Notes under the pieces: generated by a model | The model's input: the letters and a program-made list of their open reading frames with translations, nothing else | What the model was told of the DNA's origin: nothing | Databases searched by the model: none | Translations under genes and position numbers: made by a program | Shown: positions 30,841 through 40,864 of the stretch, piece after piece | Layout: every line of letters begins with the position of its first letter | How positions within the stretch are numbered: position 1 is the first letter of the stretch | Assembly: GCA_032128875.1 (NCBI GenBank) | Contig: JAVLKG010000004.1 | Location: 448,001 to 512,000 of the forward strand | Length of the DNA: 64,000 nt | DNA from: Candidatus Melainabacteria bacterium 17Bon1m | Lineage (GTDB): Bacteria > Cyanobacteriota > Vampirovibrionia > Obscuribacterales > Obscuribacteraceae | Direction: 5' to 3'

Positions 30841-31365
30841 ATGGTCACAGCCAAGCCTCAAATTGCCATCAAGTTGGTTTCCAAGCCTTATTCGAAAAGG
30901 ACTGCGTTGGGACCGCTCATGGTAGGTATTGGCGTGGGCTGGATATTTGCCATTCTCTGGCTGGTTACGGGAATTTTTGCTCTCGTGCACAATATTTACT
31001 GGGGGCTCACGCTCCTGGCTTCAACTTCAGGCTTTTCGTTGTTTCTTGGTCTTATGACTTACTCCATGGTGCGAGATGCGAATCGCAGTTTTGTCTTTGA
31101 GCTGACTGATTCTGATGCTGTTCTCTATGTGTATGATCGGCTCAAAAAGCGTAAATCCACTCAAATGGTGCTTCTCGACGACGTCAAATATGTCGAATAC
31201 TATCCGTATCGCGATTCATCATCGATGATTTTGCATACGTCTTATGCGCAAATGGAAGTGCCCTTGTGGCCAATGGGAGAACAGGTCAAGGATGTGATCG
31301 ACTTTCTCGATGGTCGCGGCTTGCAGATCGTCAATGTTCAATTTGACGACGTGATTCCTGATTAG
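30841..31365 (+). CDS. Hypothetical membrane protein (2 TM plus possible PH-like domain)
   Basis: Two N-terminal hydrophobic helices then a beta-rich soluble part; alternative start 30808. Confidence 0.7.
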   Translation: MVTAKPQIAIKLVSKPYSKRTALGPLMVGIGVGWIFAILWLVTGIFALVHNIYWGLTLLASTSGFSLFLGLMTYSMVRDANRSFVFELTDSDAVLYVYDRLKKRKSTQMVLLDDVKYVEYYPYRDSSSMILHTSYAQMEVPLWPMGEQVKDVIDFLDGRGLQIVNVQFDDVIPD

Positions 31366-32800
31366 TGAAACCCACCTTTTTGCCGTTGGTGTTTATTTCG
31401 GGAAATGTCACGGTAAAACAGGTGCCGATCCCGTCAGTGCCTTCTTTTACTTCTACTTTTGCATTGTGGGAATTGGCAATTTCTCTCACGATTGCGAGCC
31501 CTAGACCGCTGCCTGATGCGCCGTCTCTGAGTATCCTGTAAAAGCGCTCGAAGACCAAATCTCTTTCTTTCTCCGGAATGCCCGGTCCGTTGTCTTCTAC
31601 AGACAGAGTTGGTGAGCGCAGTTTGGAGACTCTGACGGTGACCTTGCCGCCTTCCTGGTTGTAGATAACAGCGTTCTCGATGATGTTGGTGACAAGTTCG
31701 CGCAAACCTACGGGATCCCCATCGATGAAAATTGATTCGTGGGGAGACTCGAATCCAAGGTCAACTTTCTTTTCGATGGAAAGCGGCACCAGATCTTCAG
31801 TGACGCTGGATACGATTTCGCTCAAATCAGTTATTTGTCGTGCCGTTTGTGATACCCCAGGCTCGCTTCGCGCTAGTGTCAATAGACGCACGATCAAGTT
31901 AGACATTCGATTGATGCCGGTGTGAAGCTGCGCCAGAACTGACCTGACGGACTCGTCCTCGTTCATTTTGAGCGCCAAATCTGCGTATGTTTTTAGTCCC
32001 GCTAGTGGCGTGCGCAACTGGTGCGCGGCATTAGCAACGAATCTTCTTTCTCTTTCGATTTCATCGTTGAGCATTTTAAGCAGATCATTAATCGCACCTA
32101 CCAATGGGCGAACCTCAGTCGGAGCAGTGCTTTCGGAGACCGGGCTTAAATCAGTAGGAGATCTTGATGAAAGTGCGCGACTCAATTGCTGCAGAGGATA
32201 GAGTCCTTGCTTAATACCGAACCAAACTGCGATGCCACCACATATGATGAGTATGAGCTGAGGCAAAAGAACTGATATCACAATGTGAGTAACAATTTCA
32301 CGGCGCGCATTGCGGGTCTCTGCTACCTCAAGGATCAAGTATTCCGGTCTAGGATCATCGTCATCATCATCGTCCGGAGTTTCATCCGCAAAGTGGCTCG
32401 CGACCGGAAACAACATAGTCAAAACACGCACTTCTTTTCCGTTCAGAATGCGTGTTGAATAGTGAGGTTTATTGAAATCGACTGCACCCGGATCGAAAGG
32501 TAAATTGCCGTCACCTGCAATGCGCTTTCCTTCCATCGTATAAATCTGATAGAAGAAAGTGTCTCGATAATTGTGTTTGAGAATGGACTGCGCGGCTGGC
32601 GGCAAGTCTACAAGCACTTTGCCGCCTTTGTGACGGACGCGCGCGATAACTGAGTCTGCTGAATTCAACAGCCCTTTGTCATATATTTCTCTCGCCAGCA
32701 AAATTGCGGCGTTATACGCAATGAACGTGCTGGAAGCGGCAATCGTCGACAGTGGAATTAAGAGCCAGACGAGAAGCTGCTTCCGAATGGAAGAGGTCAT
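31331..32800 (-). CDS. Sensor histidine kinase (TctE/QseC-like)
   Basis: N-terminal SIRKQLL..YDKGL..SA..VDLP sensor region; HAMP; FVANAAHQLRTPL; NIIENA, DNGPGI, FERFYR, GSGLGL. Confidence 0.93.
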   Translation of the reverse strand: MTSSIRKQLLVWLLIPLSTIAASSTFIAYNAAILLAREIYDKGLLNSADSVIARVRHKGGKVLVDLPPAAQSILKHNYRDTFFYQIYTMEGKRIAGDGNLPFDPGAVDFNKPHYSTRILNGKEVRVLTMLFPVASHFADETPDDDDDDDPRPEYLILEVAETRNARREIVTHIVISVLLPQLILIICGGIAVWFGIKQGLYPLQQLSRALSSRSPTDLSPVSESTAPTEVRPLVGAINDLLKMLNDEIERERRFVANAAHQLRTPLAGLKTYADLALKMNEDESVRSVLAQLHTGINRMSNLIVRLLTLARSEPGVSQTARQITDLSEIVSSVTEDLVPLSIEKKVDLGFESPHESIFIDGDPVGLRELVTNIIENAVIYNQEGGKVTVRVSKLRSPTLSVEDNGPGIPEKERDLVFERFYRILRDGASGSGLGLAIVREIANSHNAKVEVKEGTDGIGTCFTVTFPEINTNGKKVGFTNQESRRQIEH

Positions 32801-33465
32801 GCAGGTTTCTCAAGCATATATCCCAATCCGCGGACTGTACGCACGTTGATACCTGTTTTTTCGAGCTTCTTGCGCAAGCGATGCATGATAATTTCCAGGG
32901 CGTTGTGCGACAACTCGGCATCCCAGGATGAGAGGTTACGTATCAATTGTACTTTGTTGACGACTTTGCCGACGCTCTTAAGAAGTTGCTCCAACACAGC
33001 CAGTTCTCGAGCTGATAAGTCCAAATTATCGCCGTTGATAGTGGCGCGACGCTCTACAGTGTCGAATTCCAGACCTCCGACCACAATTTTGGTCATATTG
33101 CCCCATTGTTCTTTTCTCAAAAGGGCTCTGATGCGGGCCTCCAGCTCCAAAAGCTCAAAAGGCTTGGCAATATAGTCGTTGGCGCCACTGTCCAGCCCGG
33201 TTACGCGATCGGTGACCGTGTCTCTGGCTGTGAGGATTAGCACAGGCGTTGCCTGTCCACGTCCCCTCAGTCTTTTCAAAACTTCAATTCCGTCCATATG
33301 CGGCAGACCCAGGTCCAGGATGACCAGGTCATATGGCGTTGCTGTCAATGCTTGATCAGCGTCTGTTCCCGACTGAACTTGATCGACTACATAACCGCTA
33401 TGTCGCAAAGCAAGTGCGACGCCTTCAGATAAAAAGGAATCGTCTTCGACCAGAAGTAGTCTCAT
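32797..33465 (-). CDS. OmpR-family response regulator (TctD/QseB-like)
   Basis: MRLLLVEDD, LDLGLP, LTARD, GANDYIAKPF, RLRKKL, TVRGLGY; overlaps the kinase start. Confidence 0.94.
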   Translation of the reverse strand: MRLLLVEDDSFLSEGVALALRHSGYVVDQVQSGTDADQALTATPYDLVILDLGLPHMDGIEVLKRLRGRGQATPVLILTARDTVTDRVTGLDSGANDYIAKPFELLELEARIRALLRKEQWGNMTKIVVGGLEFDTVERRATINGDNLDLSARELAVLEQLLKSVGKVVNKVQLIRNLSSWDAELSHNALEIIMHRLRKKLEKTGINVRTVRGLGYMLEKPA

Positions 33466-33701
33466 GGCAAACTCCTTACCTCGAAACTTGTGTTGTATAG
33501 AGCACAGTTTTGATGATAGCAAAAGACCGTCACCCTGTAAGGGGAGAGAAAGATTGACGAAAGCGATTCCTGTAATTTGCTTCGCACTTTTCCCAATTAA
33601 TGCGGCTCAACGGCTCTGCTGCGCAAGTCTTGCGAAAGGAAATCGAGCCAAGTCTGAGTTCTTATCCCATTTTTGGGAGGCTGAAATCTCAACATGAAAA
33701 T

Positions 33702-35201
33702 TCAAACTGGCTCAAAAGCAAGGCACATCTGATTAAACCAGGTGCTTCTGAACTTACCCTGTGGGTCATATTCCATTTTCTTCTCGATAAACGAACCAAA
33801 CTGTGGATACGCAGCCAACACCTGCTCTTTGGTTGCATAGCGATGGTAAGTCAGATAGTAAGAGCCTCCCAAGCTCAAAGCTATGTCTATCAAGGATCTA
33901 AAGGAGGTTTTCGCTCTCAAAAGAGAGAGTTGGTCGGGATTTACATGCAGATTGAAGATTATGCAGGCAAAATCATCCTTAGCCCAAGCCAGAAAAGACT
34001 CTTCATCCTTGTCAATAAAACGGACGGTTCCGTAAATCACATCGGCGCGCTGCTTCTTGAGCGCCGCCTTTGCGGTCTCCATAAAGACATGCAACTTGGA
34101 TTTCGGTACATAAAGTTCAGTGATCATCTCTGACCCTTTTACATGACACTCGCTGTCTAATGAGTCATGGTAGTCGGGCACGTATAGACTCAATTGAAAC
34201 GTTTGGGAGCTGTATATTTGACCATTGGTACGCGTGTAGTGCTCGCTGTACATCTTGAATGCTCGAGTTTTGTCGATGTGTGCCAGACGCAAAAGTTCTC
34301 GCCAATCACTCACATTCAACTTTAAACCCCCGACATCATCAGTAGTGGCAACGTCGACGGGGAAGTATGCAGACAGTATGCCGTTGCATAAAAAAGTCTG
34401 TGCATCGGCATCGATGCAAAATTGGAAGTCCCCATAGGTAGCGCCTTCAGCCTGCAATTGTTCAAAACGACAAACGAGTTCTTTGCTGTTTGTAAGTTCT
34501 ACTCGTCTTTGCAATTTCGTACTTTTGACTAACCGAATAGTTATGTTTTCGACAAAGCAAAACATTCCGTACCCGCCTATCGCCAGCCGAAATAGTTCTT
34601 TGTTTTCAAAACGAGAAACGTTGATCCTTTGTCCATTTTCAAGAATGGCGGTGAATCTTTCGATATCTGCAATAAACGGCTTCCTGCCCAGTACTCGACC
34701 ATGAATATTCGAGCCGAGCGATCCGCCGATGCTTATATCGTCAGCTCCCGTCGGTTTTTGAATAATCGACCAATCGCACCCGTGTTCTACATTCAATTTT
34801 GCCAGTTCGCCAACCAGATCTCCCCACAGCATGCCTGATTGAACCGTAATTAAACCTTCGACAGGACAGAAGTCGACGACCTTATTCAGCAGCCCTGTGT
34901 CAATGAGAATGCCGTCGAAAAGAAATTGTTGCCCACCCATTGAGTGGCGACCACCGGCAATGCTGAATGAATCACCTGCATGCTGCTCGCTGGTAAGGAG
35001 AGTCTGAACCTCGTTACCGCTTAGAACTTTGATAATTGCTTTGTGTTTTGTGCTGTTGAGTTTTGAATGAATATCATTAGCCGTTGTGTTCTTGTTTTTC
35101 AGATCATCGATAAGTGCCGGACGCAGTGCACTTGTATATTGTCTATCTGGGTGATTGATTTGCTGCATTTCTCTAACTTCTTTCATAAGTAAGTACGCCA
35201 A
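33702..35201 (-). CDS. FAD-binding oxidoreductase (VAO/FAD_binding_4 family)
   Basis: AGGRHSMGGQ, SIGGSLGSNIHG, LFRLAIGGYG, GGSYYLTY, KMEYDPQGKF; start uncertain. Confidence 0.85.
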   Translation of the reverse strand: MAYLLMKEVREMQQINHPDRQYTSALRPALIDDLKNKNTTANDIHSKLNSTKHKAIIKVLSGNEVQTLLTSEQHAGDSFSIAGGRHSMGGQQFLFDGILIDTGLLNKVVDFCPVEGLITVQSGMLWGDLVGELAKLNVEHGCDWSIIQKPTGADDISIGGSLGSNIHGRVLGRKPFIADIERFTAILENGQRINVSRFENKELFRLAIGGYGMFCFVENITIRLVKSTKLQRRVELTNSKELVCRFEQLQAEGATYGDFQFCIDADAQTFLCNGILSAYFPVDVATTDDVGGLKLNVSDWRELLRLAHIDKTRAFKMYSEHYTRTNGQIYSSQTFQLSLYVPDYHDSLDSECHVKGSEMITELYVPKSKLHVFMETAKAALKKQRADVIYGTVRFIDKDEESFLAWAKDDFACIIFNLHVNPDQLSLLRAKTSFRSLIDIALSLGGSYYLTYHRYATKEQVLAAYPQFGSFIEKKMEYDPQGKFRSTWFNQMCLAFEPV

Positions 35202-35294
35202 AAGCCGGCAAGTACCAAAAAGCGCTTGCTTGTTTTTGTACAGTCAGCATAGGGTTTTACCGCTTCTTAGAATTGAGCGGTTCAACACTTCGAC

Positions 35295-35368
35295 GATTGA
35301 TCTGTTCTTTGGTTGAGTGATCTGTTCCTAAGTTGATTGTGTTCCTAGGTTGATTGATCTTTCCTGTG
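35295..35368. repeat. Four degenerate 17-20-bp tandem repeats
   Basis: GATTGATCTGTTCTTTG / GTTGAGTGATCTGTTCCTAA / GTTGATTGTGTTCCTAG / GTTGATTGATCTTTCCTGTG. Confidence 0.7.
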
Positions 35369-35545
35369 GTGTGCTATCTGGTTTTTGCCGTTCTTGAGCG
35401 CAAAGTTTTGATCAAAGCTTGATACCGTACGAGTCGCCATTAAATGTATATATAGGCAAAAAGGTGTACTCTTTCTTCTTCCATGGCGTCGGGTGGGAAC
35501 TTCCGGCCGTCAAGTGGATTTGTTTTTGATTCTGAGGTGTGACAG

Positions 35546-37141
35546 ATGACGCAGAGTGCTGTTGTAGAGAATCCGCTCCTCGAGGGCTTGCCGAAAGACA
35601 GAGCCGTCGATCCTTTTGCCATGGTTATCTTAGGGGCGCATGGCGATTTAACAAAGCGCAAGCTTTTGCCCGCTCTCTACGCGCTTTACATCGATGGTCT
35701 GCTTCCCAGGACCTTTGCGGTTGTCGGTATGTCTAGAACCGTGATGACGGACGAACAGTTCCGTCAGGCGATGAAAGAGTCCATTCAAAAATATGCTCCG
35801 GACCTGAAGTTCGAAGAGGAAGCCTGGGAACGTTTTGCCGCAGGACTTTATTACAAGCCGTCGAATTTCACTGAAGATGGCTCGTTTGATGAACTGGCCA
35901 GTTTTTTAGACACACTCAAAGAGAAGCATGGCACAGGCGGCAATCACGTTTTTTATCTCTCGACCCCGCCCAGCTTATACGAGCCAATCATCACTCAACT
36001 TTCCAACTCCAAGCTTGTTTCCAAGAAAAAGGTCACTGATAAGCCCTGGCAGCGTGTCATTGTCGAAAAGCCTTTCGGTCACGACCTCGCTTCGTCTCTG
36101 GCGCTCGATGATCATATTCACAAGGTTCTCAGCGAAAATCAGGTTTACCGAATCGACCACTACCTCGGTAAAGAAACCGTGCAAAACATCATGGTTTTGC
36201 GATTCGCAAATGGCATATTTGAACCTCTCTGGAATCGGCAGCATGTCGACCATGTTCAAATCACAATCGCCGAAACGTTGGGTGTAGAAGGTCGTGGACC
36301 GTATTACGAGGAGTCCGGCTGCCTGCGTGACATGATTCAGAACCACATGTTGCAGTTGGTTTCACTTGTTGCGATGGAACCGCCAATCTCGCTTGAGCCT
36401 GAGGCTTCGCGTGATGAAAAGGCAAAAGTTCTAAAGGCCTTGCGTCCGATATTGCCTGAGGATGTTGACCGTTGCGCAGTCAGAGGACAGTACGGAGAAG
36501 GCTATATCAATGGGGCTAAGGTGCCTGGTTACCGGCAAGAAGATAGGGTCGCTCCGGATTCTGCAACTGAAACCTACGCAGCGCTGAAATTGACTATCGA
36601 TAATTGGCGTTGGGCTGGAGTTCCCTTCTATGTCCGCTCAGGAAAGCGCCTGGCGAAGTCATTAACTGAGATTGCTATTCATTTTAAGCGCGCCCCTCAC
36701 AGTCTCTTTGCTGGTTTGACTGGTCTGAAAGCCGGCCAAAAAATGGACGATGACTCACTCAGCCCAAATGTTCTGGTTCTCAAAATTCAGCCTGATGAAG
36801 GTATTTCGCTCAAGTTCGCAACGAAACAGCCGGGTGCAACCACTCAAATTCGCTGGTTGAATATGGACTTTAACTACGGCACCGCATTTGGTGTAAGAAG
36901 CCCCAGCGCTTATGAACGCTTGATACACGATTGCCTGCTGGGAGATGCTTCACTATTTGCCAGAACGGATTCCGTCGAAACCTCGTGGCGCTTTATTCAA
37001 CCGCTTCTCGAGAACTGGGATTTGTCTAAGCAGAAGAAGGGACCACAGCCTCGTTTTCCCAATTATGCTGCCGGTTCGTGGGGACCTGCCGAAGCAGATG
37101 AGTTGATTGGGTCGACCGGACATACCTGGAGGCGCCTGTAA
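35546..37141 (+). CDS. zwf: Glucose-6-phosphate 1-dehydrogenase
   Basis: GAHGDL, EKPFG, YRIDHYLGKE, RDMIQNH, WAGVPFYVRSGKR. Confidence 0.97.
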   Translation: MTQSAVVENPLLEGLPKDRAVDPFAMVILGAHGDLTKRKLLPALYALYIDGLLPRTFAVVGMSRTVMTDEQFRQAMKESIQKYAPDLKFEEEAWERFAAGLYYKPSNFTEDGSFDELASFLDTLKEKHGTGGNHVFYLSTPPSLYEPIITQLSNSKLVSKKKVTDKPWQRVIVEKPFGHDLASSLALDDHIHKVLSENQVYRIDHYLGKETVQNIMVLRFANGIFEPLWNRQHVDHVQITIAETLGVEGRGPYYEESGCLRDMIQNHMLQLVSLVAMEPPISLEPEASRDEKAKVLKALRPILPEDVDRCAVRGQYGEGYINGAKVPGYRQEDRVAPDSATETYAALKLTIDNWRWAGVPFYVRSGKRLAKSLTEIAIHFKRAPHSLFAGLTGLKAGQKMDDDSLSPNVLVLKIQPDEGISLKFATKQPGATTQIRWLNMDFNYGTAFGVRSPSAYERLIHDCLLGDASLFARTDSVETSWRFIQPLLENWDLSKQKKGPQPRFPNYAAGSWGPAEADELIGSTGHTWRRL

Positions 37142-37142
37142 G

Positions 37143-38438
37143 ATGAGCTCCAGTACTGATAAACGCAAATCGACGACGGAAACGCATAATTTCCTTTCCG
37201 GTCACCTCTCGCAAGTTGATGTACAGCGTATCGAGCGCGAGCTGAAAGATCTTTGGCGGGCCATTGACGACGCCAAACCGGATGAGAGAACGAGTGACGG
37301 TGAACCGGTGAAAGTTACCGAAGGCAAGGATGCTGACTTAAATCAGGCTTCAACCAAGCCTGCCAATGTCATGCGTGCTTGCACAGCAAATATCGTTCTT
37401 TTCAGCGAAGATGCTGATGCTGAAGTCGAGGCTTCGGCAATTCTTGATGAAGTGGCGATTCGCCATCCATGTCGTGCGATTCTGGCTATTTCGCGTCGAG
37501 CTACGGAACAAAGGCTCGAGGCCTGGGTTTCTGCTCGTTGCCACATGGCAGATTCGAAGAGTTTGAAACAAATCTGCTCCGAACAAATAACTGTTCGCTA
37601 TGACGGCGAAGGTACGAAGGAGCTCGCTAGCGTAGTATCGCCCCTGGTGATTAACGATTTGCCGGTGGTTCTGTGGTGGCGTGCTAATCGTCTTGATCGT
37701 GGCTATTTAGAGCCGTTTTCGCGCTTTGTCGATATGCTCATAGTGGACTCGCTGCGTGCCGCTGATGCTAGAGGTTTCATCAAAGAAATGTCAGGCATCA
37801 CTAATCAGAGTGCCAGAAAACCATTATTCGACCTCAATTGGGGACGCCTGATTCCGTGGCGCCGTGCCATTGCTGATGCTTTTAGCGATGCAGCTCCGCC
37901 AATGTCCCTTCCATCATTGCCCGGCATTTCTAAGGTTGTCATCTCTTACGCAAGTGCGAGTGCATCGGCAGATGGCAATGCGGCAATACCCGTGCAGCCG
38001 CTACTCTTGCTAAGTTGGCTGTCGACTCGATTGGGCTGGGCTCGCGACTCGGCGTCTTTCTCAGGTGGTAGGTTCAGCGCTGAGTTTAAATCGGGAAAGA
38101 AATCCATCAGCACTTCAATTCAACCTTTCCAAAGCGACAAGCTCAGTGAAGGAGCAGTTTGCTCGGTCGTCATTGAAGCCGAAACACCTTGCGACGGCAA
38201 AGTTATGGCTGAGCGCATGATTGCCGAGCAAAGACCCGGCTCTCCTTGTATTTATGTGCTCAGTGATTCGGACTGCCGCAAAGGCGAGCCCGGCGCTGAA
38301 GTCGGCACTGGTGCTGAGAGCCTGATTGAACTCACCGAGGCACGCTTGATTGATTTTGCTATGGAATCGATGCCCGATGATCTGGTTTTCCGGCAGACCT
38401 TAGATTGCACTGTCAAATTGATTGACGCGGCTAAGTAG
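37143..38438 (+). CDS. opcA: G6PD assembly/activator protein OpcA
   Basis: IERELKDLW, HPCRAI, CSEQI, PLVINDLPVVLWW, DLNWGRLIPWR; directly after zwf. Confidence 0.88.
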   Translation: MSSSTDKRKSTTETHNFLSGHLSQVDVQRIERELKDLWRAIDDAKPDERTSDGEPVKVTEGKDADLNQASTKPANVMRACTANIVLFSEDADAEVEASAILDEVAIRHPCRAILAISRRATEQRLEAWVSARCHMADSKSLKQICSEQITVRYDGEGTKELASVVSPLVINDLPVVLWWRANRLDRGYLEPFSRFVDMLIVDSLRAADARGFIKEMSGITNQSARKPLFDLNWGRLIPWRRAIADAFSDAAPPMSLPSLPGISKVVISYASASASADGNAAIPVQPLLLLSWLSTRLGWARDSASFSGGRFSAEFKSGKKSISTSIQPFQSDKLSEGAVCSVVIEAETPCDGKVMAERMIAEQRPGSPCIYVLSDSDCRKGEPGAEVGTGAESLIELTEARLIDFAMESMPDDLVFRQTLDCTVKLIDAAK

Positions 38439-38446
38439 GAGGAGCG

Positions 38447-39196
38447 ATGCAGACTTCTTTGATGGAAACAAAAAATATTTCGGTGTTTGAGAACTATGAA
38501 GCGCTGGTGGCAGCAACGGCAGATTTGTTCGTCAAACTCGCAGAGGATGCTATTAACGAACGCGGAAAGTTCGTCACTTCGCTCTCCGGAGGAAGCACGC
38601 CAAAGGGGTTCTATTCACGCCTGGCTGAAAAGGAAATTGCCTCAAAAATAGATTGGAGCAAGGTAGTAGTTTTCTTCGGCGATGAAAGAACGGTGCCATA
38701 TACTAGCCCTGAGAGCAATCAGCGAATGATTACCGAGCATCTTCTTTCCAAGGTGGCGCTCAATCGTGAAAACGTTTTTGCGCTGAGCGACCCTGATATA
38801 GATCCCAAGCAAACTGCCATCGATTACGAACGGACTATGCGCGAATTTTTCCGTCTTGCCTCAGATGAGTTGCCGCAGTTCGATTTTATGCTTCTCGGTC
38901 TGGGTGACGATGGTCACACGGCATCGCTCTTCCCTGGCTCGTCTGCGCTGACCGAGACGCACAGATGGTTCGTCGACAATAAAGTCGAGAAATTGAATAC
39001 AGTGCGACTCACGACGACCTATCCTGTCATCAATAATTCGCGAAACATCATCTTTCTTGCCAGCGGCAAAGGAAAGTCCGGTGTCTTGAAGGATGTTCTT
39101 ACAGGACCTGAAGGCAAGTATCCAAGCCAAAACGTGAAGGCTGAAAATGGAAAGTTGTATTGGTATTTAGACAAAGAGATTGCGTCGGAACTGTAG
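38447..39196 (+). CDS. pgl: 6-phosphogluconolactonase
   Basis: LSGGSTP, FGDERTV, ESN, LGLGDDGHTASLFP. Confidence 0.95.
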   Translation: MQTSLMETKNISVFENYEALVAATADLFVKLAEDAINERGKFVTSLSGGSTPKGFYSRLAEKEIASKIDWSKVVVFFGDERTVPYTSPESNQRMITEHLLSKVALNRENVFALSDPDIDPKQTAIDYERTMREFFRLASDELPQFDFMLLGLGDDGHTASLFPGSSALTETHRWFVDNKVEKLNTVRLTTTYPVINNSRNIIFLASGKGKSGVLKDVLTGPEGKYPSQNVKAENGKLYWYLDKEIASEL

Positions 39197-39248
39197 AAAT
39201 TTAGAGTTCCACAGAAAATCATTTTGCGTAGACTTAGAGGAAATGAAA

Positions 39249-40709
39249 ATGGCTGACAAAGCGAAGATCGGACTGATTGGGTTGGGCGTAATGGGCGAGA
39301 ATCTGGCATTGAATATTGCCAGGAACGGATTCAAAATTGCGGTCTACAACCGCAGCGCAGATAAGGTCGATGCCTTTGTTGCCGGACGTGGAAAAGATCA
39401 GCCCGTCATCGGTTGCCGCGACGAAAAAACCTTTGTAGACAGCCTGGAAAAGCCGCGCATGATCATACTGCTTGTAAAAGCAGGAGAAGCTGTGGATCAA
39501 ACGGTAGCCAAACTGCTTCCCGATCTCGAGAAGGGCGACATAATCATTGATGGTGGGAACTCGCATTTTACCGACACCCAAAAGAGAGAAAAGGACCTGA
39601 GAGAAAAAGGCATTCATTTTATCGGCTCGGGCGTGTCCGGTGGAGAAGAGGGTGCTCTTTGGGGACCTTCGTTGATGCCGGGTGGAGACCAAACAGCATA
39701 TGAAAAAGTAAAACCCATCTGGGAAGCGATTGCCGCCAAAGTCAACGACGGTCCTTGCGTTACCTACCTTGGTCCGGATGGAGCCGGTCACTTTGTGAAA
39801 ATGGTTCACAACGGCATCGAATACGGTGACATGCAATTGATTGCTGAAGTATATGACGTCATGCGCCGTGGATTGAATATGCCCGCGCGTGAAATTGCTG
39901 ATGTCTTCGAATCCTGGAATCAAGGCATTCTCGACTCATTCCTTATTGAAATTACCGCCAAAATTCTTACTGTTGTCGATCCAGAAACCGGCAAGCCATT
40001 GGTCGATATGATTCTCGATAAGGCTGGTCAAAAGGGAACAGGAAAATGGACAAGCGAAGCGGCTCTGGATTTGGGCATTGCTGTTCCTACCATCGATATG
40101 GCACTGACCGGAAGAATGCTTTCGGCAATGCATGATATGCGTCAGGAAGCATCGAAGATTCTCAACGGCGCCGCTGTCGGCAGTGGCAAGCCAGTTGACA
40201 AGGCGGCAAAAGAAGAGATTTTGAAGGCTCTGCATGATGCACTTTATGCGTCAAAAGTTTGCAGCTACGCACAGGGCATGGCGCTGATCAAAGAAGGTTC
40301 TGATTTCTATAAGTGGAACATCAATCTCTCTGAGTGCGCTCGCATTTGGAAGGGCGGTTGCATCATCAGGGCAAAGCTGCTGGAAGAAATTCGCGCTGCA
40401 TTTGCTCGCCGAGCCGATTTGCCGAATCTCCTCATGGACAAAGAATTCTCCAAAACCGTTTTGTCGTTCGAATCGAATTGGCGCAAATCAATTGTTTTTG
40501 CTATTGAACGCGCCATCCCCGTGCCTGCATTGACCGCCAGCCTGGCTTATTTCGATAGCCTGCGCTCCGGCAGTCTGCCGCAAAATCTCACACAAGCGCA
40601 AAGAGACTTCTTCGGTGCTCATACCTATCAGCGTGTCGATGCGCCTGAGAAGGGCTTTGTGCATACTGATTGGATACATCTGATCAAAGAGAAAACAGCA
40701 GCCAAATAA
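39249..40709 (+). CDS. gnd: 6-phosphogluconate dehydrogenase, decarboxylating (long, NADP-type)
   Basis: GLGVMG, YNRS, DGGNS, GVSGGEEGA, KMVHNGIEY, GQKGTGKW, QAQRDFFGAHTY. Confidence 0.97.
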   Translation: MADKAKIGLIGLGVMGENLALNIARNGFKIAVYNRSADKVDAFVAGRGKDQPVIGCRDEKTFVDSLEKPRMIILLVKAGEAVDQTVAKLLPDLEKGDIIIDGGNSHFTDTQKREKDLREKGIHFIGSGVSGGEEGALWGPSLMPGGDQTAYEKVKPIWEAIAAKVNDGPCVTYLGPDGAGHFVKMVHNGIEYGDMQLIAEVYDVMRRGLNMPAREIADVFESWNQGILDSFLIEITAKILTVVDPETGKPLVDMILDKAGQKGTGKWTSEAALDLGIAVPTIDMALTGRMLSAMHDMRQEASKILNGAAVGSGKPVDKAAKEEILKALHDALYASKVCSYAQGMALIKEGSDFYKWNINLSECARIWKGGCIIRAKLLEEIRAAFARRADLPNLLMDKEFSKTVLSFESNWRKSIVFAIERAIPVPALTASLAYFDSLRSGSLPQNLTQAQRDFFGAHTYQRVDAPEKGFVHTDWIHLIKEKTAAK

Positions 40710-40864
40710 GCAGCTGAAAACCGTTTCGAAATCGATGGTGGAATAAGCAGAGTATATGCATCGGGCAACGATTGCTGCATGTTCTCTCGAACCGGTACGC
40801 TTTGATTCGTGCTCTAATAGAGCGATAAACTCGCTTCGCGCACAAAAGTATCTAGTTTCGACGA

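Noticed and set aside
35295-35368. CRISPR array or oriC 13-mer unwinding element
   Set aside because: Units are short, degenerate and have no spacers or cas genes. The GATCTGTTC resemblance to E. coli 13-mers is not backed by DnaA boxes or dnaA.
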